Assembly: GCA_035251085.1 (NCBI GenBank)
Contig: DATFEN010000010.1
Location: forward strand, 1-42,496
Length of the DNA: 42,496 nucleotides
Reading direction: 5' to 3'
From: Vicinamibacteria bacterium
Lineage (GTDB): Bacteria > Acidobacteriota > Vicinamibacteria > Fen-336
In this document: piece after piece, positions 33,547 to 41,178 of the stretch
Layout: the number at the start of each line of letters is the position of its first letter
Position numbering within the stretch: the stretch's first letter is position 1
The notes under the pieces: generated by a model
What the model was told of the DNA's origin: nothing
Database searches by the model: none
Seen by the model: the letters and a program-made list of their open reading frames with translations, nothing else
Position numbers and translations under genes: made by a program

Positions 33547-34443
33547 TCAAGCCGGGCACGTCTGCAGGTACTTGCTCGGGAGCGCGTGGCCGAGCCGGGG
33601 CTGAAGAGCCCGCGAGGCGGCGACGACCCGATCGAGGGCGACGCCCGTCTCGACTCCCATGCCGTGCAGCATGTAGAGGAGGTCCTCGGTCGCCAGGTTC
33701 CCACTGGCCCCCGGGGCATAAGGACATCCTCCCAGGCCGCCAGCCGAGCTGTCGACGATCGCGATGCCTTCCTGCAGCGCCGCCAGGACGTTGGCCAGGG
33801 CGGTGCCGCGCGTGTCGTGGAGGTGGACGGCGAGCCGCTCGGGAGCGACGCTCTCGCGCAGCCTGCCCATCACGTCGCGCACCTGGGTCGGCACCGCTAC
33901 GCCGATGGTGTCGCCGATCGAGATCTCGTCGCAGCCAGCCTCGACGAGTCGGCTGGCGACCTCGAGCACTCTTTCGGGCCGCACTCGTCCTTCGTAGGGG
34001 CAGCCAAAGCAGGTGGAGACGTAGCCCCTCACCCAGGCGCCCTCAAGCCGCGCGTCCGGCACGAACCCCGCGAAGCGGGCGAAGCTCTCCTCGATCGAGG
34101 CGTTGATGTTCCTGCGGTTGAAGGTCTCGCTGGCCGCGGTGAAGATCGCGATCTCCCGGCAGCCCGCCGCGCGTGCCGCGTCGTAGCCCTTGCGGTTCGG
34201 AACGAGAACGGGAGTCCGCGCGCCGGGGCGCTTCCTCACGCGGCGGAAGACCTCGTCGGAGCCGGCCATCTGCGGCACCCAGCCGGGTGAGACGAAGGCC
34301 CCCACCTCGACCACCGGCAGCCCTGCGTCGAGCAGCGCATCGCAGAAGGCGACACGGTCGTCCACCGACACACGGGCGGCCTCGTTCTGCAGGCCGTCGC
34401 GCGGCCCGACCTCGACGACCCTCACGCGGGCCGGCAGGCTCAC
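33547..34443 (-). CDS. liuE: hydroxymethylglutaryl-CoA lyase
   Basis: VRVVEVGPRDGLQNE..., ...HLHDTRGTALANVLAAL..., ...GGLGGCPYAPGASGN. I chose the GTG 34443 start (VSLPARVRVVEVGPRDG), which matches the usual N-terminus. The track start at 34506 is a TTG. Confidence 0.88.
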   Translation of the reverse strand: MSLPARVRVVEVGPRDGLQNEAARVSVDDRVAFCDALLDAGLPVVEVGAFVSPGWVPQMAGSDEVFRRVRKRPGARTPVLVPNRKGYDAARAAGCREIAIFTAASETFNRRNINASIEESFARFAGFVPDARLEGAWVRGYVSTCFGCPYEGRVRPERVLEVASRLVEAGCDEISIGDTIGVAVPTQVRDVMGRLRESVAPERLAVHLHDTRGTALANVLAALQEGIAIVDSSAGGLGGCPYAPGASGNLATEDLLYMLHGMGVETGVALDRVVAASRALQPRLGHALPSKYLQTCPA

Positions 34444-34452
34444 CTGTCCGCG

Positions 34453-34458
34453 ACTATA
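34453..34458 (-). promoter_or_regulatory. -10 box TATAGT, 9 nt upstream of the proposed GTG start of the HMG-CoA lyase gene
   Basis: Reverse complement of ACTATA, read directly. Confidence 0.3.
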
Positions 34459-34513
34459 CCTTGCGCTCGTGACACACGGGAGCCAGACTTGGCTGCCCGA
34501 CGGCAATCATTCG

Positions 34514-35830
34514 ATGGCTGCGCCTCGCACTCGGCTCACGCTTGCGCTCCTGCTCATGGCGGCAGCGTCGGCTGCAGTCGCGCGGTCCGCGGGCGGCCCT
34601 CCACGCGCCGATCCGCGCCGAATCGAGGCGCGCATCCTCGCGCTGGCCCGCTTCGGAGCGAACCCCGAAGGCGGAGTGAGCCGCGTGGCCTTCAGCGCCG
34701 CGGACGTCGCGGGGCGCGAGTACGTCGCGTCCCTCATGAGGGCGGCCGGCCTCGGCGTTCGCATCGACGCCGCCGGGAACATCCTCGGTCGGCGGGAAGG
34801 CCGCGAGCCGCGGCTTCCCTTGATTCTGTTCGGCTCCCACATCGATTCCGTGCCGGGGGGCGGAAACTACGACGGCGACGTGGGAGTGATCGGCGCGATC
34901 GAGTGCGTCGAGCTGTTGAATGCCGCTTCGCTTCGAACGCGCCACCCCCTCGAAGTGGTGGTCTTCTCGGACGAGGAAGGGGGGCTGGTGGGCAGCCGCG
35001 CCATGGCCGGGGAGCTCACCCCGGGCGCTCTGGACGTGGTGGGCCACAGCGGCCGGACTGTGCGCGAGGGCATCCGCGCCATCGGCGGCGATCCGGACCA
35101 GCTCGCTTCGGCTCGCCGCGCCTCCACGGAGCTGCGCGCGTTCGTCGAGTTGCACATCGAGCAGGGCGCGATCCTGGAGGAGAAGGGATTCGACGTCGGC
35201 GTCGTCGAAGGCATCGTCGGCATCAACTGGTGGGACGTAGCGGTCGAGGGCGTCGCCAACCACGCGGGAACGACGCCCATGGACCTGCGCCACGACGCGC
35301 TCGTGGCCGCCGCTCAGCTCGTGCTCGCCGTGCGTCGCGTCGTCACGAGCGTCCCCGGAAGGCAGGTCGGGACCGTGGGACGCATCGCGGCTGCTCCCGG
35401 AGCTCCCAACGTGATCCCAGGCCGGGTGGACATGAGCCTCGAGCTGCGCGATCTGTCGGCCGAGAAGATCCAGTCGCTCTTCGCGAGCATCCAAGGCGAA
35501 GCCCGGGCCATCGAAGCCAGCACCGGCACGCGCATCTCGTTCCGCGCGATCGACGCCACCGCCGTGCCCGCGCTCACGGACGAGCGCATTCGCCGCTCGA
35601 TCGCGGCGGCGGCCGACGCCCTGGGCCTCGAGCACCTGTCGATGCCCAGTGGGGCCGGCCACGACGCCCAGGACATGGCGCGGCTGACGCCCACCGGCAT
35701 GATCTTCGTCCCCAGCGCTGGCGGAATCAGCCACTCCCCGAAGGAGTACACATCGCCCGAGCAGATGGCTCGGGGCGTCGACGTGCTGCTTCGCACGATC
35801 CTGGCGATCGATGCGGGAACGCTCGATTGA
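34514..35830 (+). CDS. M20-family amidohydrolase (allantoate amidohydrolase / N-carbamoyl-amino-acid hydrolase type) with an N-terminal signal peptide
   Basis: Start at ATG 34514, MAAPRTRLTLALLLMAAASAAVARS. GSHIDSVPGGGNYDGDVGVIGAIE is the hallmark of this M20 subgroup. Confidence 0.85.
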   Translation: MAAPRTRLTLALLLMAAASAAVARSAGGPPRADPRRIEARILALARFGANPEGGVSRVAFSAADVAGREYVASLMRAAGLGVRIDAAGNILGRREGREPRLPLILFGSHIDSVPGGGNYDGDVGVIGAIECVELLNAASLRTRHPLEVVVFSDEEGGLVGSRAMAGELTPGALDVVGHSGRTVREGIRAIGGDPDQLASARRASTELRAFVELHIEQGAILEEKGFDVGVVEGIVGINWWDVAVEGVANHAGTTPMDLRHDALVAAAQLVLAVRRVVTSVPGRQVGTVGRIAAAPGAPNVIPGRVDMSLELRDLSAEKIQSLFASIQGEARAIEASTGTRISFRAIDATAVPALTDERIRRSIAAAADALGLEHLSMPSGAGHDAQDMARLTPTGMIFVPSAGGISHSPKEYTSPEQMARGVDVLLRTILAIDAGTLD

Positions 35831-36011
35831 GGCTTAGCGCGTCCGCTCCCAGGTTCCGACGAGGACGAGGCCGGCGGAGGCGAGAGCGGTGCAGGTGACG
35901 CTGCCGCCGGCCTGCGTCGCCCGATTGCCCCGACACGTCGGGTATGGGCGCCGCCAGGTAGTCCTCACCGCAGCCGGCGAGGCCGAGCATGGCCAGCAGC
36001 CAGGCGCGTCA

Positions 36012-36506
36012 TCAATCGAGCTCCACGAGGACCGAACCCGTGGCCACCATGTCGCCCACCTTGGCGGCGATGCGACGGACCGTTCCGTCGCGGGGGGCCC
36101 GGATCGCGTTCTCCATCTTCATCGCTTCGACGACCAGGATCTCCTCCCCTTTTCGGACCGACTGTCCCTCCCGCGCCTTCACGGCGGTGACCTTGCCCGG
36201 CATGGGCGCCTCGAGGCCGCCGCTCGTGTGTCGCTGGGCCGTACGCCGGCCCTCCCGAAGCACTTCGAACCGGTAGACGTGGCCGCGCCAGGAGAGATGG
36301 ACCTCGTCGCCGTCACGAACGCAGAAGAAGGTCTCGACGGCGGCGCCGCGGCGCGCCGCGAAGGTTCCATGGGCGAGCTCCTCGACGGAGAGCGCGAGGC
36401 TGTCGCCGTCGACGCTCGCGCCGTCCTTGCGGACCTCGACGCGGCGCTCGTCGTCCCCGACCAGGAAGCGGATCAGGGGAGCCTCCACTCCGACAGGCTC
36501 GCCCAC
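36012..36506 (-). CDS. liuD: C-terminal (BT remainder plus biotinyl/BCCP) part of the same carboxylase alpha subunit, in the -1 frame
   Basis: ...APMPGKVTAVKAREGQSVRKGEEILVVEAMKMEN... contains the biotin-attachment motif AMKM. The ORF overlaps the end of the BC frame at 36473-36506. Confidence 0.8.
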   Translation of the reverse strand: MGEPVGVEAPLIRFLVGDDERRVEVRKDGASVDGDSLALSVEELAHGTFAARRGAAVETFFCVRDGDEVHLSWRGHVYRFEVLREGRRTAQRHTSGGLEAPMPGKVTAVKAREGQSVRKGEEILVVEAMKMENAIRAPRDGTVRRIAAKVGDMVATGSVLVELD

Positions 36507-37963
36507 GGGTCCGGAGCCGAGGACGCGCGTGTGCTCGGCGTCGCACAGGAACTCGCTGCCAGTGCCATCGCCGCCGCGGCCAGCGCCTCGGGAGCAGGCT
36601 GGCCGTCGTGGCTCAGCTCCGCCAGGTGCTCGTCGATGAAGCCCGTGTGGAGGCGGCCTTCCGCGAACTCGGGATGGGCTAGGATCTGCTGCAGCCGCGC
36701 CAGGTTCGTCACCACTCCCAGCACGGCCGTCTGCCGCAGCGCCGCGCGCATCCGCTCCACGGATTCGCTCCGCTCACGCCCCCAGGTGACGACCTTCGCG
36801 AGGAGCGGGTCGTAATGGACCGTGACGTCCGAACCAGTCTCGACGCCAGCGTCGAAGCGAACGCCCGGACCTTGCGGCGCGGCGAGCAGCAGGATGCGGC
36901 CGGGGGACGGCAGGTCGTCGTTCTCGGGGTCCTCGGCATACACGCGGCACTCCAGGGCATGACCCCGCGGGACGACGGCACCCTGCTCGAAAGGCAGGGG
37001 ATGGCCGGCAGCGACCTCGAGCTGCAACCGGACGAGGTCCACCCCGAGGACGGCCTCTGTCACCGGGTGCTCGACCTGGAGACGCGTGTTCATCTCGAGG
37101 AAATAGAAGCGCCCACCGGGATCCAGCAGGAACTCGACAGTGCCAGCGTTGATGTAGCCCGCGGCCTGCGCGGCCGCGACGCCCGCAGCGCACAGCGCCT
37201 CGCGCTGCGCCGCCTGGAGGGCCGGGCTCGGCGTCTCCTCCAACACCTTCTGGTGCCGCCTTTGGATCGAGCACTCCCGCTCGAAGAGGTGGAGAGTGCG
37301 GCCGTGGGCGTCCGCCAGCACTTGGACCTCGACGTGGCGCGGTCGCTCGACGAAACGTTCGAGCACGACCACCGCGTCACCGAAAGCAGCTTCGGCCTCG
37401 CGCCGTGAAGCGTGCAGCGCGGAACGGAAGTCCTCCGCCCGGCGCACCACGCGCATGCCCTTGCCGCCGCCCCCGCAAGAAGGCTTGATCATCACCGGCC
37501 AGCCGATGCGGCCGGCCTCCGCCGCGAGCGTCGCGTCCTGCTGGTCGTCGCCGTCGTAGCCGGACACCACTGGCACGCCGGCCGACGCCATGAGCCGCCG
37601 CGCGCCCTTCTTGTCGCCCATGCGCCGATGCACGTCGCCCGGCGGACCGACGAAGGCGAGGCCGGCGTCGCGCACAGCATCCGCGAAGGCGCCGTTCTGG
37701 CTCAGGAAGCCGTAGCCGGGATGGATCGCATCCGCTTGCGTCCGGCGTGCCGCAGCGAGCAGGGCCTCGAAATCGAGGTACGAGCGCGCGGCCTCGGCCG
37801 GGCCGATGGCGACAGCCTCGTCGCACTCGCGGGTGTGGAGCGCGCCACGATCTGCATCAGAGAACACCGCCACGGTCGGGATGCCCATGGCGCGGCAGGT
37901 GCGCGCCACGCGCACGGCGATTTCGCCGCGGTTCGCGATCAGGACCTTGCGGAAGACCGTCAC
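36473..37963 (-). CDS. liuD: methylcrotonyl-CoA (acyl-CoA) carboxylase alpha subunit, biotin-carboxylase part; reading frame ends prematurely
   Basis: Start at GTG 37963, overlapping the liuC stop (GTGA). KVLIANRGEIAVRV, the ATP-grasp body, and an end at ...PDPWASLSEWRLP-TGA. The biotinyl domain continues in another frame. Confidence 0.85.
   Translation of the reverse strand: MTVFRKVLIANRGEIAVRVARTCRAMGIPTVAVFSDADRGALHTRECDEAVAIGPAEAARSYLDFEALLAAARRTQADAIHPGYGFLSQNGAFADAVRDAGLAFVGPPGDVHRRMGDKKGARRLMASAGVPVVSGYDGDDQQDATLAAEAGRIGWPVMIKPSCGGGGKGMRVVRRAEDFRSALHASRREAEAAFGDAVVVLERFVERPRHVEVQVLADAHGRTLHLFERECSIQRRHQKVLEETPSPALQAAQREALCAAGVAAAQAAGYINAGTVEFLLDPGGRFYFLEMNTRLQVEHPVTEAVLGVDLVRLQLEVAAGHPLPFEQGAVVPRGHALECRVYAEDPENDDLPSPGRILLLAAPQGPGVRFDAGVETGSDVTVHYDPLLAKVVTWGRERSESVERMRAALRQTAVLGVVTNLARLQQILAHPEFAEGRLHTGFIDEHLAELSHDGQPAPEALAAAAMALAASSCATPSTRASSAPDPWASLSEWRLP
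36476..36479 (-). other. frameshift site: GGGG (CCCC on the coding strand) homopolymer separating the two halves of the carboxylase alpha gene
   Basis: The coding strand reads GAG TGG AGG CTC CCC TGA TCC. One additional C would give E W R L P L I R F L V G D D E R..., a continuous 650-aa protein. The span 36012..37963 is 1952 nt, which is 3n+2. Confidence 0.75.
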
Positions 37964-38742
37964 GGCAGCCAGTTCGGCTTGCGCTTCTCGAGGAAGGCGC
38001 GCATGCCTTCCTGGCCTTCGGGGGAGGTGCGGATCTCGGCGATCGCCTCGACGGTGTAGCGTTGGACGTCCTCGATCCGCCGGAACGCCACCTCCTGGAT
38101 CAGCTCCTTGGCTTCGGCTACTGCTCGCGGACCGGCCTTGAGCAGCTCCTGCACCCGCGACTCGACCGCCGCGTCGAGGTCCTCGAGCGGCACGGCGGCG
38201 CGCACCAGGCCGATCTCCTGCGCCTTCACGGCCTCGAAGCGCTCGCCGGTCAGGAACAGCTCGCGCGCTGCGGACTCGCCGATCTTGCGGATCACGTACG
38301 GCGAGATCACGGCGGGAAGGATCCCGAGGCGCACCTCGGTGAAGCCGAACTGCGTCCCCAGGGCTGCGACCGGGATGTCCGCCGCCGCGACGAGGCCGGC
38401 GCCTCCGCCGAGAGCCGCGCCTTGGACCCGCGCCACGATCGGCTTGGGCGAGTCGTAAACGGTGAAGAAGAGATCGGCCAGGGCCTGTGCCTCGCGCAGG
38501 TTCTCGTTGCGGTCGAACGCGGCCATCGCCTTCATCCACTGCAGGTCGGCCCCCGCGCAGAAGGACTCGCCACGGCCTCCCAGGACGACGACCCGCACCG
38601 CATCCACTTCGTGGAGGTCGAACACGGCCCTGCGCAGCTCCGTCACCATCAGCCCGTCGAACGCGTTGCGGACGTCGGGACGGTTCAGCCACACGCGCGC
38701 CACGGGGCCGTCGACCTGGATCTCGAGGCGCTCGAAGGTCAA
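37960..38742 (-). CDS. liuC: enoyl-CoA hydratase family protein (methylglutaconyl-CoA hydratase by context)
   Basis: VARVWLNRPDVRNAF..., FCAGADLQWM and GAALGGGAGLVAAADI are crotonase-fold motifs. Confidence 0.85.
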   Translation of the reverse strand: MTFERLEIQVDGPVARVWLNRPDVRNAFDGLMVTELRRAVFDLHEVDAVRVVVLGGRGESFCAGADLQWMKAMAAFDRNENLREAQALADLFFTVYDSPKPIVARVQGAALGGGAGLVAAADIPVAALGTQFGFTEVRLGILPAVISPYVIRKIGESAARELFLTGERFEAVKAQEIGLVRAAVPLEDLDAAVESRVQELLKAGPRAVAEAKELIQEVAFRRIEDVQRYTVEAIAEIRTSPEGQEGMRAFLEKRKPNWLP

Positions 38743-38749
38743 GGCCGCA

Positions 38750-39172
38750 TCAGCCGGCGAAGGGGTTGATCACCTGCAACGGGCCGTAGGCTTGCCGGTG
38801 GCCGAGATCCTCCGAGTAGAGGCGCTCGACGCCCGACCCGATCGCGGCCTGCACGATGAGCGAGTCCCAGAAGGACAAGCCATAGCGATCCTCGATCTCC
38901 AGCGCTTCGAGGATGGACTCGCCCGTGTTCACGACCACTTCCCAACGGAGGTAGTCCCCGAGCAGCCGCCGGGCCTCGGCGACCGGCAGTGGCGAACGCA
39001 CCTTCCGGCGCACGTTCACGTAGAGCTCCTGCAGCACCTGCGTGCTGATGACGCCGCCGCGCGTGCTCCAAAGGCCCTCCACCAGCTCCCTCGCCGTCCG
39101 GTGTTTGGAGCCGGTCGTCGTGTCGTGGGCGTAGACGAGGATGTTGGTGTCGACGAACGCCCTATCGCTCAT
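38750..39172 (-). CDS. vapC: PIN-domain ribonuclease toxin (VapC type)
   Basis: 140 aa. FVDTNILVYA (Asp), QVLQELYV (Glu), FWDSLIV (Asp) and YSEDL supply the acidic PIN quartet. Confidence 0.85.
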   Translation of the reverse strand: MSDRAFVDTNILVYAHDTTTGSKHRTARELVEGLWSTRGGVISTQVLQELYVNVRRKVRSPLPVAEARRLLGDYLRWEVVVNTGESILEALEIEDRYGLSFWDSLIVQAAIGSGVERLYSEDLGHRQAYGPLQVINPFAG

Positions 39173-39416
39173 GGAGGTCGTCGCGGGAGGCGGGTCGAGT
39201 CCAGCCGAGGGCTTGCGCCTTGCGAAGGCGTGTGACGGCCCGGCTCCGAGCGGTTTCGTACTCCTTGCGCCGACGGATCAGTTCCTCGAGGCGATCCGCC
39301 AGCAAGCGACTGACCGACGTCCCTTCCTGCGCGGCCAGGACCCGAGCCTCGCGGAGCAGCCCCGCGTCGAGCCGCAACGTGACGTTGGTTTTGGCCGCTG
39401 CCGTTTTCCTGTGCAC
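39162..39416 (-). CDS. vapB: ribbon-helix-helix (CopG-like) antitoxin
   Basis: Read from the tail of the long spurious track ORF 39162..41411: (GTG)HRKTAAAKTNVTLRLDAGLLREARVLAAQEGTSVSRLLADRLEELIRRRKEY... The layout is beta-strand plus two helices. It overlaps the vapC start by 11 nt. Confidence 0.7.
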   Translation of the reverse strand: MHRKTAAAKTNVTLRLDAGLLREARVLAAQEGTSVSRLLADRLEELIRRRKEYETARSRAVTRLRKAQALGWTRPASRDDLHER

Positions 39417-39422
39417 GAAAAC

Positions 39423-39431
39423 AGTGTAGCA
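39423..39431 (-). promoter_or_regulatory. extended -10 TGCTACACT, 6 nt upstream of the vapB GTG (leaderless configuration)
   Basis: Reverse complement of AGTGTAGCA. It lies in the 41-nt gap after the liuB stop, a local AT-rich patch. Confidence 0.4.
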
Positions 39432-39457
39432 CAGGCTTACGTGCAATGGGCAATAGC

Positions 39458-41065
39458 TCACATGCGGAACACGCCGAAGCGCGCCTCCGGGATTGGAGCG
39501 TTCAGGGCGGCGGAGATGCCGAGGGCCAGCACGTTGCGCGTCTCGCGGGGCGGGATCACGCCGTCGTCCCAGAGCCGCGCCGTCGAGTAGTAGGGGCTGC
39601 CCTCCTCTTCGTACTTGGCCACGATCGGCGCCCGGATCGCGTCGACCTCGGCCTCGGACATCGGCTCCCCCTTCCGCTGCCGCTGCTCGATCTTGACCTG
39701 CGTCAGGACCGAGGCCGCCTGTTCGCCCCCCATCACCGAGATGCGCGCGTTGGGCCACATCCACAGCTGCCGCGGCTGGTAGGCGCGCCCGCACATGCCG
39801 TAGTTCCCCGCGCCGAAGCTGCCGCCGACGATGACCGTGAACTTCGGCACCGGCGCGTTGGCCACGGCGTGTACCATCTTCGCGCCGTCCTTGGCGATGC
39901 CCCTCTGTTCGTACTCTTTGCCGACGATGAAGCCGGTGATGTTCTGGAGGAAGACGAGGGGGATCTTGCGGAGCGAGCACATCTCGATGAAGTGCGTGGC
40001 CTTGAGCGCGCTCTCGGAGAACAGCACGCCGTTGTTGGCCAGGATGCCGACAGGCATGCCCATGATGCGGGCGAACCCGGTGACGAGCGTGGATCCGTAG
40101 AGCGCCTTGAACTCGTCGAAGCGGCTGGCGTCGACGATCCGCGCGATCACCTCGTGGACGTCGTACGCCTTGCGGTAGCTCCTGGGGATCACGCCGCCCA
40201 GCTCCGCGGGGTCGTAGGCCGGGTCTTCGGGCTCCGCGACGTCCCAGGGCGGCGTCTTGCGCGAGGTCAGGTTCGACACCACGTCGCGGGCGATCTCGAA
40301 GGCGTGCTCCTCGTCGAGGGCGTAGTGATCGGCGACGCCGCTGATGCGGCAGTGGACGTCGGCGCCGCCCAACTCCTCTGCCGTCACCTCCTCGCCGGTC
40401 GCGGCCTTCACGAGCGGCGGCCCGCCGAGGAAGATCGTGCCTCGACCCTTCACGATCACGGTCTCGTCGCTCATCGCCGGCACGTACGCGCCCCCCGCCG
40501 TGCAGGACCCGAGCACCACGCTGACTTGCGGGATCCCCGCCGCCGAGAGGCGCGCCTCGTTGTAGAAGATCCGCCCGAAATGGTCGCGATCCGGGAAGAC
40601 GTCGGCCTGGAGCGGCAGGAACGCGCCGCCCGAGTCCACGAGGTAGATGCAGGGCAGGCGGTTCTCGGCGGCGATCTCCTGCGCGCGCAGGTGCTTCTTC
40701 ACCGTGAGCGGAAAGTAGGTGCCGCCCTTCACGGTCGCGTCGTTGGCGACCACGATCACCTCGCGGCCGTGCACGCGGCCGATGCCCGTGACGATGCCGG
40801 CACCCGGCGCGGCGCCCTCGTAGAGGCCGTGGGCCGCGAGCGCCGCGATCTCCAGGAACGGCGTGGCGGGATCGAGGAGGCGGTCGATCCGCTCGCGCAC
40901 AGGCAGCTTGCCCTGTTCTCGGTGGCGACTCAACGCCTCGTCTCCGCCACCCTGGCGCGCGGCCCGCAGCCGCGCCTTCAAGTCGGCCTCGAGCCCGTCC
41001 ATGTAGGCCTTGTTCTCGAGAAAGTCGGGCGCGCCGGCGTCGACGTGGCTCTCGATGCGGGCCAT
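39458..41065 (-). CDS. liuB: methylcrotonyl-CoA carboxylase beta (carboxyltransferase) subunit
   Basis: Start at ATG 41065 ([22 protein letters not shown]...); the track ORF is N-terminally over-extended. 535 aa with a carboxyl_trans pattern: ...[24 protein letters not shown]..., ...[16 protein letters not shown].... Confidence 0.9.
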   Translation of the reverse strand: MARIESHVDAGAPDFLENKAYMDGLEADLKARLRAARQGGGDEALSRHREQGKLPVRERIDRLLDPATPFLEIAALAAHGLYEGAAPGAGIVTGIGRVHGREVIVVANDATVKGGTYFPLTVKKHLRAQEIAAENRLPCIYLVDSGGAFLPLQADVFPDRDHFGRIFYNEARLSAAGIPQVSVVLGSCTAGGAYVPAMSDETVIVKGRGTIFLGGPPLVKAATGEEVTAEELGGADVHCRISGVADHYALDEEHAFEIARDVVSNLTSRKTPPWDVAEPEDPAYDPAELGGVIPRSYRKAYDVHEVIARIVDASRFDEFKALYGSTLVTGFARIMGMPVGILANNGVLFSESALKATHFIEMCSLRKIPLVFLQNITGFIVGKEYEQRGIAKDGAKMVHAVANAPVPKFTVIVGGSFGAGNYGMCGRAYQPRQLWMWPNARISVMGGEQAASVLTQVKIEQRQRKGEPMSEAEVDAIRAPIVAKYEEEGSPYYSTARLWDDGVIPPRETRNVLALGISAALNAPIPEARFGVFRM

Positions 41066-41114
41066 GGCGGGAGGGCGAAAGTATAAGCCGGGACACGGGG
41101 CCGCGGCGGGAGGG
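41066..41114. repeat. 10-nt direct repeat GGCGGGAGGG (41066-41075 and 41105-41114) in the liuB/amidohydrolase divergent region
   Basis: Read directly. The repeats flank an AT-rich AAAGTATAAG patch (41078-41087) that reads TATACT on the - strand. Confidence 0.6.
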
Positions 41115-41178
41115 ACACGCACGGACGTGGGATGGCCGGCTCCCGAGCGTGGCCCCTTCCTTGCAGCGATGGGGGCGC

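Noticed and set aside
33413-33604. 63-aa + strand ORF in the low-coding island
   Set aside because: It has no SD, its composition looks non-coding, and its 3' end runs antisense into the HMG-CoA lyase gene.
35727-35990. 87-aa minus-strand ORF starting MLGLAGCGEDY, a lipobox-like fragment just downstream of the carboxylase gene
   Set aside because: The signal peptide is too short as it stands. A full MTR-WLLAMLGLAGC signal appears only if a 1-nt indel is assumed. The remainder is Arg-rich and runs antisense into the M20 gene. At most it is a decayed lipoprotein remnant.
36470-36482. Programmed -1 ribosomal frameshift in the carboxylase alpha gene
   Set aside because: There is no X XXY YYZ slippery heptamer (the sequence is CTC CCC TGA) and I could see no obvious downstream pseudoknot. 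A homopolymer indel, from assembly error or mutation, is the simpler explanation.
36012-36506. An independent BCCP gene with its own GTG start
   Set aside because: The break falls within the BT domain that normally links the BC and biotinyl domains. There is no SD, and a single extra base restores a standard-length fused subunit.
39169-39453. 94-aa track ORF upstream of vapC, considered as the antitoxin
   Set aside because: Its translation (…GSGQNQRHVAARRGAAPRGSG…) is low-complexity. The adjacent frame, the tail of track ORF 39162..41411, gives a convincing ribbon-helix-helix sequence with the classic short overlap onto vapC.
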